64,000 nucleotides of DNA from Octopus sinensis (GCF_006345805.1 NC_043004.1:20770001-20834000), one strand, 5' to 3'; positions 11,159 through 22,324 are shown, counted from the stretch's first letter. Notes: generated from the letters alone by a model not told the origin. Translations and numbers: made by a program.

Positions 11159-11393
11159 AACAACCTTTTATATTAATATAAACAATAGATTTTTCAACGC
11201 GACGGATTTTAAGGGAAGTTACTCTTGCTTTTTCTAGAGTTATTTCCCTTGTAAAGTTAAACTTTTTACCTACAATTTCCAGTTGCTGTGTCCGACAATT
11301 TAACATCGTATTTAAGTACATTAGTTTACTTTCATTCTTTCCATATGCCTAATTTTATACCAAAGTTCAAATAAGACAGAAACTGCGTGCCTC

Positions 11394-11431
<38 letters not shown>

Positions 11432-11432
<1 letters not shown>

Positions 11433-11662
11433 TTGTTTCTTTATTACCCACAAGGGGCAAAACATAGAGGGGACAAACAAGGAAAGACAAACGGATTAAG
11501 TCGATTACATCGAACCCAGTGCGTAACTGATACATAATTTATCGACCCCGAAAGGATGAAAGGCAAAGTCGACCTCGACCTCGGCGGAATTTGAACTCAG
11601 AACGTAGCTGCGGCGAAATACCGCGAAGCACTTCGCCCGGCGTGCTAACGTTTTTGCCAGCT
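11432..11662 (-). mobile_element. SINE family B, near full length, tail type 1, flanked on both sides by (AAT)n
   Basis: Head GCTGGCAAAAACGTTAGCACGCCGGGCG, box B GAGTTCAAATTCC; (AAT)n at about 11392-11431 and 11664-11757. Confidence 0.9.
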
Positions 11663-11736
<74 letters not shown>

Positions 11737-12019
11737 TGATAATAATAATAATAATTCTTTCTCCTGGAAGCACAAGACTTCAAATCGGGGGTAAGGTATT
11801 AAGTCCATTACATCGACCCTGGTACATATTTAATCGACCCCGAAAGCATGAAAGATAAAATGGAACTCGCCAGAATTTGAACTCAGATCTATAAAGGCGG
11901 ACGAAATGGGTAGGAAAATATATTGAGTGTGTTTGTATTTGTGCGAAATTAGTGTTTGGGTTTTGCGTGTAAACAGATTTAACAATAATGAAAAAAAAAA
12001 AAAAAAAAGGCGGCATCAA

Positions 12020-12400
12020 TAGCATTTTAACGATGAGAATTCCTCGACATAAAGAAAACGTTCATGGGTTACTCATGGAAAAACTTCATAAAACCACAGG
12101 TGCTCCAACTTCTAGGGCAAGCGGCTTCTCTCATTTCTTTATCTCCAATTTACAGAGGGGTTTGCTCAGGGTAGTCCCGTTCACTCGACCCATGCTCGCC
12201 ACTCTTATTAACCTTTCAACAAAGTGGCTGAAAGGTAACACTTCCCGCTCCACTTTTATTTTCTTCTTCAAGATGTTGATGAGTGATTGGTTAAAAAAGA
12301 TAGGTGTTTGTCTCGAGCCCCTTCAATCGCGTCATCTTTTTCCATGGCCACCAGACATATAAAAAGCGCCTGCACATTCCGGTTAAAAGAAGATTGTGAG
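12020..12400 (-). mobile_element. Tx1/L1-clade ORF2 C-terminus and 3' UTR (5'-truncated LINE)
   Basis: Frameshifted minus translation ALFICLVAMEK..TRLKGLETNTY..QSLINILKKKIKVEREVLPFSHFVERLIRVASMGRVNGTTL resembles Tx1-type ORF2 ends; no APE or RT domain is present. Confidence 0.6.
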
Positions 12401-12472
12401 GTGATCTTCACGGTGGATTAAGCTGATAGTTGGATCTGTCTCACATGAATCCTACTATCAACTGAATCCTAA

Positions 12473-12715
12473 CAATAATAATAATAATAATAGTAATAAT
12501 CCTTTCTATTATATGTTCAAGGCCTAAAATTTGGGGAGAAGGACCAGTGGATTACGTCGACCCAAGTGTGTGACTGGTACTTATTCCTTAAACTTCGAAA
12601 GGATGAAAGACAAAGTTGACCTCGGCGGAATTTGAACTCAGAACATAAAGATGGACGAAATGCTGCTAAGCATTTTACCCGGCGTGCTAATGATTCTGCC
12701 AGCTCGCTGCCTTAA
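12473..12715 (-). mobile_element. SINE family B, tail type 2 ending in (ATT)n
   Basis: Same head and core as the 11432 copy, but the 3' part is ..CCCCAAATTTTAGGCCTTG..AGAAAGGATTATT. Confidence 0.85.
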
Positions 12716-12744
12716 CAATGATGAAGATGGTGATGATGATGATA

Positions 12745-12775
<31 letters not shown>

Positions 12776-13114
12776 CGGACTCTTCCGTCGAAGATGACGT
12801 ATGGGTGCTCAGCTTTTACCGAACGACCTGCACAAACGATTTGTTTATAGTGATCATATATGTATGTGCTGTACATTAGCATACTCTCTCCATCAATTCG
12901 ATCTCCTTTTCCGAACCACTGGTTTGGGCAAAATAGATCGATAAAATAAGTACCAGGCTTTAAAAATATCCTGGGGTCTATTTGTTCGTCTAAAACCCTT
13001 AAATGTGGTGCCCCTTAAATAAAAAAAGAATAACAGATTAAATGATACATGTAGCAGAATATCTGCTGATGCAGTAAATACAATGAAAATAGATAAAAAA
13101 AAAAAAAAAAAAGC

Positions 13115-13330
13115 AGTGAGCTGACAGAATCGTTTGCAAGCAAGGCAAAATGCTTAGCGGCATTTCAGCCGTCTTTATGTCTTGATTTCATATTCCGCTG
13201 AGGTCGATTTTGCCTTTCATTTTTCCAAGGTTGATAAAATAAGTACCAGTTGAGCCCTGGTGTTGATGCAATCGACTAGCCCCTGCCCCCTAAATTGCTA
13301 GCCTTGTGCTAAAATCTGAGACAAGTATAA
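13115..13330 (+). mobile_element. SINE family B, tail type 2
   Basis: Head GAGCTGACAGAATCGTTTGC, core TTTGCCTTTCAT..GATAAAATAAGTACCAGTTG, tail CCCCTGCCCCCTAAATTGCTAGCCTTGTGC. Confidence 0.8.
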
Positions 13331-13679
13331 ATAGATAAATTTTAGAAATTCAGATTATTAAATTCTCGACTATTTGTTCTTTGTGATACTCCCCTAATTG
13401 GGCAATCCTACAACAATTTCAGTGACATATCAGCTTTTCTGTGACATGAAGCTGCTGGTGTAGACAATTACTTCAAGTTATCTCCACCCAGTTCAAGTTT
13501 CCCCTCCGGTGATCTGAAATCGATTTAAGATTTCCCCTGGGGGCAAGTTGAAACCGCTTGCAAAGTACCATTTCACTATCTGTATTATTCCATATCTAAT
13601 TTCACTAAAATGATAAGTTCTAACGCTTACAACTCATGTTCATAGCTTGGTGATTCGAATCCTAACTACTAAATACTCG

Positions 13680-13740
13680 GTTAGGTGTCACGTGTGAGCC
13701 ACCACAGTTTCACGTGATTGGTCAATAAATCGACTAATCA
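13680..13740. promoter_or_regulatory. Candidate promoter core: two CACGTG E-boxes plus an adjacent CCAAT box
   Basis: GTCACGTG at 13687-13694 and TCACGTGA at 13710-13717 (22-bp spacing), ATTGG at 13717-13721, in non-repeat CpG-rich DNA. Confidence 0.4.
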
Positions 13741-14219
13741 GCGTGTAACTGTGGTGTGATATGGTTTCTTTGATAGCCAAAATTCTAACCTCTTTTCACT
13801 CCATAAAATACCGTTTGGCACCTAAGTCATTGCAGAGCGCTGAGAGTGGCCGACTTATTCACACGATTCACCTCTTGCCAGAAAGATAACTGAACTCGAG
13901 CTACCGACTTAGAATATTTGCGCCCAAAACTTCGGGCCCTTTACCACACCGATTCTTCACATTCACACAATGTCCCATATGTAGCAATGAGTTTATATAT
14001 GCAAAAAGAAATAATATTTATTCGGTTTAAAATCAAACGATATATATTTATATACGAAACAAACTATTTATACACTTATTGATAGTAACTATAAGTTACA
14101 GATAAAAAATAATAATAATAATGATACTGACAAAAATCATAATTCTTTTATTTACCATTAGGGTGAGGAACATTTGAGCATGCGTTTGAGGCGGTGAATC
14201 TCAAATCACAGACGTGTGA

Positions 14220-14269
14220 ATGAAATCGATTTCAGATTAATTCCGACGGTAATCTGAAATCGATTTCAT
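14220..14269. repeat. Perfect 20-bp inverted repeat with 10-nt loop; each arm contains the palindrome TGAAATCGATTTCA
   Basis: ATGAAATCGATTTCAGATTA / TAATCTGAAATCGATTTCAT read directly. Confidence 0.9.
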
Positions 14270-14887
14270 CCTACCCACTCCAGTACTCTGATATCGAATT
14301 CAAGTAATCGGTAGTGTACGCTGGTGGGGCAATTTGAAATCGCTTCCCCAACTTCATTATTTATAGAGTAAAAAAAAAAAAAATGAAAGTGTGAGTGGTT
14401 TCCCTTTAATTTTTCTCAGCGCTATATATTCAGCCCCGAGAGAGAGACAGAGAGGGTTGGAAGGAAAGAGAGATAGAGACAGAGAGTGAGAGAAAGGAGT
14501 TGGTGCACTACACGTCTGCTATTATATTTATGAGCTCCCAGGAAAATGAAAGACGAAGTTGACCATGTCAGTATTTGACCTCAGAAAGCTGTAGAAATAC
14601 TACCTATTCTTCTGTTCGACACATCAGCAAATTTGCCATTTCGTCAGCTAAATGTTGAGCGAATTCACCTTACATTTAACACAGTGAATTGGAAACCAAA
14701 ATCTAAGGAGTTATTTCCCTTACACTTCACATTGACTTCAGAGTGGGAGCTAACATTAAGTCGCCATGGTGATTCCGTATTATAATGGGCAAAAAACGCG
14801 ATATTTACCGTACTGAAAAATATAATAATTTTATAGTAATTAAAAATTTCAAAAAATATAATAATTGCAAATGTATTTGTTTGTTAT

Positions 14888-15545
14888 TAGTTCAGTTCCA
14901 CCACGCGGCACCTTGGGCAAGTGACTTCTACTACTGCTTCAGATCGACTGAAGCCTTGTGGATTTGGTAGAAGAAGACTGAAAGAAACCCACCGTGCGCG
15001 CGCATTTATGTGTGTTTGTGTGTGTGTGTCCTCCACCACCACTTGACAACCTGTGTTATAATAATAATAATAATAATTGTGTACAGTGCTCAGGTGCACT
15101 ACAACTCATCTAAAGTGTATATATAATCAGGTGTAGTTTCGGCGGATTTCGGAAAGCATGAGGGCCTTAAAGGATGCAGTGTCATGGCAGTCAACAACTG
15201 ACGCAGGCAGTTTATTCCATGCTTCAGCAACTCTGAGCGTGAAAAAATGTTTCCGAAAGTCATGGGAGCTGTGTTGTTTTCTGACTTTGTAGGCATGTTA
15301 GACACATGGAGATCAAAAAGGTGTTCAGTGTTGTTGTTGGTGAGGTGGTTGATAACTTTGTGGGTGTTTACCAAGTCCGTCGCCAGACGCCGGAGCTTCA
15401 GTTAGTTTGTTTATGTTAGCAAAAGTGACCTATAGAGTAAGTACAAGCTTCAAAAATAAGTACTTGAGGTAGCTTTGTTTGACTGAACCCTTCGACGAGG
15501 TGCTCCCGCATGGCCGCAGTCCAATAACTGAAATAAATAAAAAGG
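14888..15545 (+). mobile_element. SINE family A interrupted by a CR1-like LINE insertion
   Basis: 5' half at 14888-15057; 3' half resumes after 15372 and ends ..GCATGGCCGCAGTCCAATAACTGAAAT. Confidence 0.7.
15058..15372 (-). mobile_element. 5'-truncated CR1-like LINE 3' end with (ATT)n tail
   Basis: Minus translation ..HDFRKHFFTLRVAEAWNKLPASVVDCHDTASFKALMLSEIRRNYT* matches the CR1 R..FF..RV...WN.LP motif; (AAT)n at 15058-15078. Confidence 0.85.
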
Positions 15546-15989
15546 AAAAGAATTACGTCAGTTCATTTATTAAAGAATATTGCTATATGTGGAAATAAAA
15601 AATTGTTGCCCTCACAAGAGGAAGAGCAGCTTCAATATGTTTTATCAGGGACTCTGTGACTGGTAGCTCAGAAAGGGTTCAGGAAATTATCATGTAATCA
15701 GACACCTGGTCCAACAAGTGGACCACCAAGGGAGAGGGGCTGGTGTCAAACTAGATGATATGTAACAATCTGTTTAATTCAAAGTCAGCCTAGATCAAGT
15801 AAACCAATCATTCCATTTGTAACCTTCCCAAATTAATTTCCAAGCACAATATATCTAGGCAACCACCAATGGATTACTGAGGTCAGTTTCCACTCACAAA
15901 ATCTGTAACACTGTCAGTATTTAGGAATCAATGTTTCGTTTATAATGAATGTTTATATTGTAAAGATACGCTTTGATAAGTATGGAATG

Positions 15990-18525
15990 TACACTAAACC
16001 AAGAAGTAGAACTCTTTTAGCAGACGTCAATACTATCTGAAGATTTGACTTTTCGTGGGTGACAACACTATCTGAAGGGTTATATATATCTCTGGTGGGT
16101 ATTGACACTATCTGATAAAGTAGCCCTCTGAAGAGGTAAAACTTTAAAAAATATTGACAGCATTTAAGGAAGTACATTTTTGATGGATGCTAACACTCTC
16201 TGTACAGGTAGGCCTTTGGAAGGGTGTTGCCTTGATCTGAAGAGGTAGACTTCAGCTGGATGTTTGCACTTTCTGAAAAGGTAAGTAGGTCTCTGATGGA
16301 TGCTAACACTGTTTGAAGCAGTTCATCTCCATTGGGTGTCAATACTAACTTGGGAGATGATGATGATACCTGGAGAAGTAGTACTCTGGGGTGTGATGAT
16401 AATCTGAAGAAGCAGACCTCGTCTGATGGGTACCAAGAATATTTGAAGAGGTAAGCCTTGCATGGGAGTCAACATTTTCTCAGGAGGCAGAGCTCAGGTG
16501 GGTGTAGGCACTATCTCAAGAGGTAGATCACTGATGGATGTAGATACTACATAGGAACATATAACTCTGATGGGTTTTGATACTATCTGAACAGAAGTGC
16601 TATATTTCTGATTAGTACCAAAGTAACTATAAACCTGAAGAAATATAACTTTGATACATATCGACATTATCAGAAGTATTGTACTACTACTCCTTGAAGA
16701 TGTAGATCTCTGATGATTATCAAATCTATATGAAGAAGTAGACCTCTAATGCATGTCAAGAGAATCTAAAGATATAGGGTTCTGATGGCTCTTCACATTA
16801 TCCAAAGTAGTAGACCATCTATAATGGGCACCAGCTCTATCTGAAGAGGTAGTTCAAGATAGGTGTCAGTGTTCTCTGAAGAGGTACACCTCTGTTGTAT
16901 TTTAATACTATCTTGTGTAAAACCTCTGATGGGTTCCTACTCTATTTGAATGTTTTGGCATCAGCAATACAAGTAAGGGTAAATCTTTGATGGAAGTGGA
17001 TATCTAGACCTCTTCTAATGTGCATTGACACTATCAGAAAAAATATACCTCTGACAGGTATTTTATCTATCTAAACAGGCAGACTTCTGATGAGTGTCTA
17101 TACTATCTGAAGGAGGAGGTTTCTGATGGTTTTCTAAGGTGCCTGATTGGAGTCTAAGTGAAGAAGTAAACGATGACTGTTGACATCATCTGAAGTGTAG
17201 ACACCATCTGGTGTTGTCAGCATTATTTATATAGGCAGACCACCTTTGATGGGTGGCTTTATTATGGATAAAGGTAGATGGTAGATTTCTGATGGGTTTT
17301 AGGACTATTAAAACAATTAAATTCCTGATGTGTTGTCAATATTGTCTGAGGAGTGTTGAAATTAACTGAACATGTCTGAGAGATGTTGACACAGAAGAGT
17401 CACACGTTAAAATCTGTAAAGTGAAGCCTCTGATGCAAAGACACATGGCTTAGTGGTTAGGGTATTGCACTTATCATTGTAAGATTGCAGTTTAAATTAT
17501 GGATCAAGAAATGCTGTGTTGTCTTGAGTAAAACAGTTCATGTTGCGCTATTTAGTAAGGTAGCAAAATTGAGTTTTCCTGTATGGACTGACATCCTGGC
17601 CAGTTGGAATTATATACACTACAGAATCAAGGAAACTGGCCTTATGAGCCTATGGCTTGGGAATGACATTTGATTTTGTTTTTGGAGGCTTCTGATATTT
17701 GTCAACATTATCTGAAGTGGTTGATTATTTGATACTATCAGGGGTAGAACTCTCATAGTTATTAACACTATAGGAACGGGTGGTCCTTTGTTGAGCATCA
17801 TCTATATTTGAAGTATTACTCAGTAATGGGTACTGATACTAGCTAAAGAGGTAGACCTTTGATAAATGTCAACAGTATCTAGAGAAGTGCGCTTCTGATA
17901 TGTGTTGACATTATCTTATGAAGTATCTGACGGTTGTTGACACAATCTGAAGAGATACCACTCTGAGTTGTGCTGACACTATTGGAATAAGTAGATATTT
18001 CATGTGTATTAACTCTCTCTGAAGAAGGTAAACCTTGGATAGAATGCAATACTTTGAAGGGTAGATGTCTGATGTTTGTCAAAAAAGTAGACATTTGAAA
18101 GGTGTCAACACTTTCTGAAGAGATAGATCTTTGAAGGATGTCAGCACTATCTGAGGTATAATATGATCATCTGCACTGTCTCAAATGTAGATGTCTACTG
18201 GTTGTCAACATTATCTGATGATTTAAATATTTGACAAGATATATATTTGATATTATCCAGAGAGGTAGACATGTGAAATTTATCAACACTATCCAAAGAG
18301 ACAGATCTCTGATGGGTATTGATGCTGTCTGAAGTGATAGATCTCTGATGGATGTTGACATGCTAGAGTGCTAGATCTCTGATGGGTCTTGGTACTATCT
18401 TGAGAGGTAGGCTTCCATATTTTTCCCCACTACCTGAAGAGTAAGACTTCTTTTCATGGGTATCAACACTTGTCTGAATAAGTAGACCACTGACAGATGT
18501 TGATACTATCTGAATAGTAGACTTA
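15990..18525. repeat. Ancient, highly diverged ~36-bp minisatellite (consensus approx. GATGGGTGTTGACACTATCTGAAGAGGTAGACCTCT)
   Basis: The motif ACTATCTGAAG/AGGTAGA/CTCTGATGG recurs at roughly 36-bp spacing with many indels; interrupted by a SINE fragment near 17430-17560. Confidence 0.85.
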
Positions 18526-20191
18526 TGGGTCGAAATTCCTCTGCAATCACATGTATCATTGTAACTAAGGAAAAGACATTGAATAATATAATTCTACATA
18601 TAACTACTGGATGTTCATGGTTGGAACACTTTTGATCCTAGACCTGCTTAAGTGTTATTTGACAACTAAGCATAAACAATATAAGTTGAGTATATTTCCT
18701 TTCAAGGCACACTCAAGTTAAATGTGTAATTCTTTGTATGAGGGAACACTCAAGTTGAGAGCAGAAAAATGGGATGAAGAAGAGAAGCAGATTTGTAATA
18801 ATGATACAGTAGACATAGGAAGGATGAGAGGGTGTCAGAGAGAGGGGGGTAAAGAGAAAGGGGAGAGAGAGAAAAGGGAAGAGGTGAAAGTTGGGTAGGT
18901 TGGAAGAGTGCTGTGGGAGAGGCGGACATAATAGATGTGATGGAGAAGGAGAGATAACTTGATGGTTCAAGAGGATGATCAATGTAAAATATGGATGAAG
19001 AAGATAGTATTATGACTGAAGGATAAGATTTTGAGTGAAAAATAAGTGGTATCAGTGAAAAGTTGGTGAAGTTTGCAGATCTGCTAATATTCAATTACAG
19101 CAGCAGAATACTGTGGTTAGATGGTGGGTGGCAGAGATATCTTGAAGAGACAATTGGGTGAGGAACCCAGTTGTTTTTTTTTTAAATCTACTTTGTGAAG
19201 TCTAGTGTAAGATGAGAAAGTCTGAGCAAAATATAAGAGCAAGCTTATTTCAATTTTAAGAAGAATTTCATGGATCACAGATCATAACTCTATAAATTAT
19301 ATATAGCTGTAAATATTTCCCCTGTGCTACTAAGATAAAGAAACAAAAGGATTTGAAAATTGTTCTGGAAACTGTTCTAAAAGTGGTCCTAAAAATGTGA
19401 TTTTCAGACCATGCATAGAGTCAGAACAAGGTGATGTTAATGCTTGATTGAAAGTATCTTGGGCAAAGGTCATAAATATAATGCCTCATAGGAAGTAAAA
19501 CGCATCAAAGAGGATATTTGGAGAGATAGAAGACAGGAAGAAAATAAATTGGAAAAAGAAGAAAAAGAGAGAAAGAAATTAAAAAGTAAAGGGGAGAAGT
19601 TTAGGAGATAAAAGACAAGAGAGAAGAAAGAAAGAAAAAGGAAGGATGGAATTATGAGAATCCTTTTATGGCAATTTATATTTATACATCACTCTCTCTC
19701 TCACTATAAATATATATATACACACACACAGAGATATAGATATATAAACACACACCCACACAATCACGTATCTGAATTAGGCAGTGAACTGGAAGAATCA
19801 TTAGAGTTTTGGACAAAATGATACACAGCATTTGTTGCAGTTCTTTATGTACTAAGTGCCCAATCATCTCTAGTACAAACACTTGTTTGTATCTAGGCAA
19901 CAAAATGGTGTCTTATAACAAATCCTAACAAAAGACAGTGGGAACCAATTTTGTATTCTGTTTAAATAGTAACTGGCAATCAAGTGCTCAGGTGTATACT
20001 ACATCGGCAAAATAGTAAAGGGAAGGATAAAAGATATCAGAATTTGTGAGTTGTGTCTTGATAAATGTTACAGGAATCATGATGAAACTATTTAAAGGTT
20101 GAGTATGGTAATTTCACCTGTTAGAGTGAAATTATAGTGAGTACTCGAAAAAGGATAGTAGACGGATGACATAAATGAAAGCATGGAAGTA

Positions 20192-21482
20192 TACAAGGGG
20201 ATACCCAAAAGTAACCAGAAACGTTCTCTGTGGACAAGCTCATTGTAGTTCAGGCTTCCACTGCAAGAAGCCACTTGAAGCTACCCTCAGGCATCAGTCT
20301 GCCAACCGGTTGCATTGAGTGAAGTTGTACCGCCACATGGTGTGTCTTTGTTTTGAAGTGCTTCTGCCCTGTTCAGCAATTTGTGCTTCTGTGAATTTCT
20401 GCTTTCTGCTGGGGAAAACAGTGGCTGAAACAGTTGTCAGGCTTTAAACAGATTACAAGGACACTACTATGAGTAAAACACAAGTTTACTAGTGGTTTTC
20501 ACACTTTAAGAATGGTCACTTGTAAACCAACCTCATTCAGGGCATCTGTCAACCTCCTGAACAAATGAAAACATCATGAAAATTTATGAACTGATCTTAG
20601 AGAATCATTGCCGAACAATTGACGAACTTGTTGTTATGACTGGTGTATATTGGAGCTCTTGCCAACGAATTTTGAGAGAGGAATTACAAATGAAAAGAAC
20701 TGCTGCAAAATTTGTGCCTCACTCGCTCACAGAAGAACAAAAGCATTCATGACTGAATGTGTGTCGTGAACTGAAAGAACAGTAGGAAGTTAATCCGAGC
20801 TGTTTTCCAAAGGTCATCACTTGTGATGAAAGCTGGTGCTAGGGCTATGATTCGGAAACAAAGCAGCAATCAAGTCAATGGAAGCATTCAATGTTACCAC
20901 GCCCCACCCAAAGCATGTCAAATGAAGTCCAATGTCAAAATAATGCTGATTTGTTTCATTGATGCAAAATGAAATGTCCACACAGAATTTGCTCCTCCTG
21001 GTCAAACTGCTAACTAGACATTTTATTTGGCAGTTCTGAAGCATTTGTGAGACATGGTGCAAATGAAAATGTCCTGACCTTTAGCAAAGTGGAGAGTGGT
21101 AGTTTCTTCATGACAATGCACCTGTGCACACTGCCTTGAGTGTGTGACATTTTTTTCCAAAAATGGCATGACCTCACTTACCCACCCTCCCTATTAGCCT
21201 GATCTTGCTCCCTGTGACATTTTTTTTTTTGTTCCCCTGAATGAAAATAGTCCTTAGAGGAGAACGTTTTGCAGATGTGGAAAAGGTGAAGAAAAAAACA
21301 ATGGAGGCATTAAAAAACATCACTTCACAAGAGTTTCGGGATGGCTTCAAATAGTGGAAAACATATCTGGACTGATACATTGCTTCAAATGGAGAATACT
21401 TTGAAGGCAATAAAAGTGTAAACATGTAAAACTAAGAGAATAAAATAATGCAAAATTCCTGTCTTTTGGGGACCCCCTCATA
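20192..21482 (+). mobile_element. Full-length decayed mariner (DD34D-type) transposon
   Basis: TIRs TACAAGGGGATACCCAAAAGTAACCAGAA / TTCCTGTCTTTTGGGGACCCCCTCATA with TA flanks. Transposase remnants at about 20375-21425 include AAKFVPH, ITCDESW, FLHDNAP, HPPY.PDLAPCD and NGEYFEG. Confidence 0.92.
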
Positions 21483-21829
21483 TACAGAGTTTTATCTCAA
21501 TTTCTGATTCTAAATATCTTATATTAACTTCAGAGATTTTTTCATGAAGTAAGTATTTCTCTTCTTTTGATAAGTTTTATTGTTGTTGTTTAGAAACAAT
21601 ACAATTCTGATCTAAGACTTCTTATTTAAGATAATAGCAAGTAATTTTGAAGAAGATTTCACTACTATTTCTAGCAAATCATGCGACCATATAGAGTCTC
21701 ACTTGTTAATTCCTTTTCTTGCTAACAATCAGTGTATCTCTCTTTATTTTTTTTAAGGTGGCAGAGAGTGGTTAGGAAGGATTCATAGCTGTTATTTCAA
21801 TCAGATCAATCAACTATGTAGAGGGTACG

Positions 21830-22324
21830 ATATTTACATTAGACGGATATTTGTCCTCATCTCGTTTGTTGTTAACATAATGTTTCAGCTAATATACCCT
21901 CCAGCCTTCATCAGGTGTTTTGGGGAAATTTCGAACCTGGGTTCTCATTCCTAAGGTATTTTTCATTATTGTTGTTGTTGCTGTTATTATTATTATTATT
22001 CGAACTTGGAATCTTCGGTTTAGAGCCTGCACTCTTAACCACTACGCCATATGCCTGTGGGCAATTATGGGGTGAATTTTATGGCTTATAAATCTAATAT
22101 TAGGAAGAATATGATGTTGTTGTTGTTGCTATTGTTATTAACAACAACAACAACATCGAAAAATACTTTAGGTTCAAAATTTCCCCAAGACACTTGATGA
22201 AGGTTGGAGGGTATATCAGCCAAAGTGTTGTGTTAACAACAAACAAGATGATGACAAATATCTGTCAAATACAAATAATATAAATAAAGTACATAATTCC
22301 TCATCTCTTAAATATAGAACTGTA
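21830..22324. mobile_element. Inverted-repeat element with tRNA-like head and hammerhead-like motifs (copy 1, decayed)
   Basis: The left arm (minus) and right arm (plus) are homologous; same family as 56225-56855; shares the 30-nt end AATTCCTCATCTCTTAAATATAGAACTGTA (22295-22324). Confidence 0.75.

Noticed and set aside
12286-12366. Apparent CCAAT + TATAAAAAG promoter
   Set aside because: Lies within the antisense of the Tx1 ORF2 remnant, so it is most simply coincidental.
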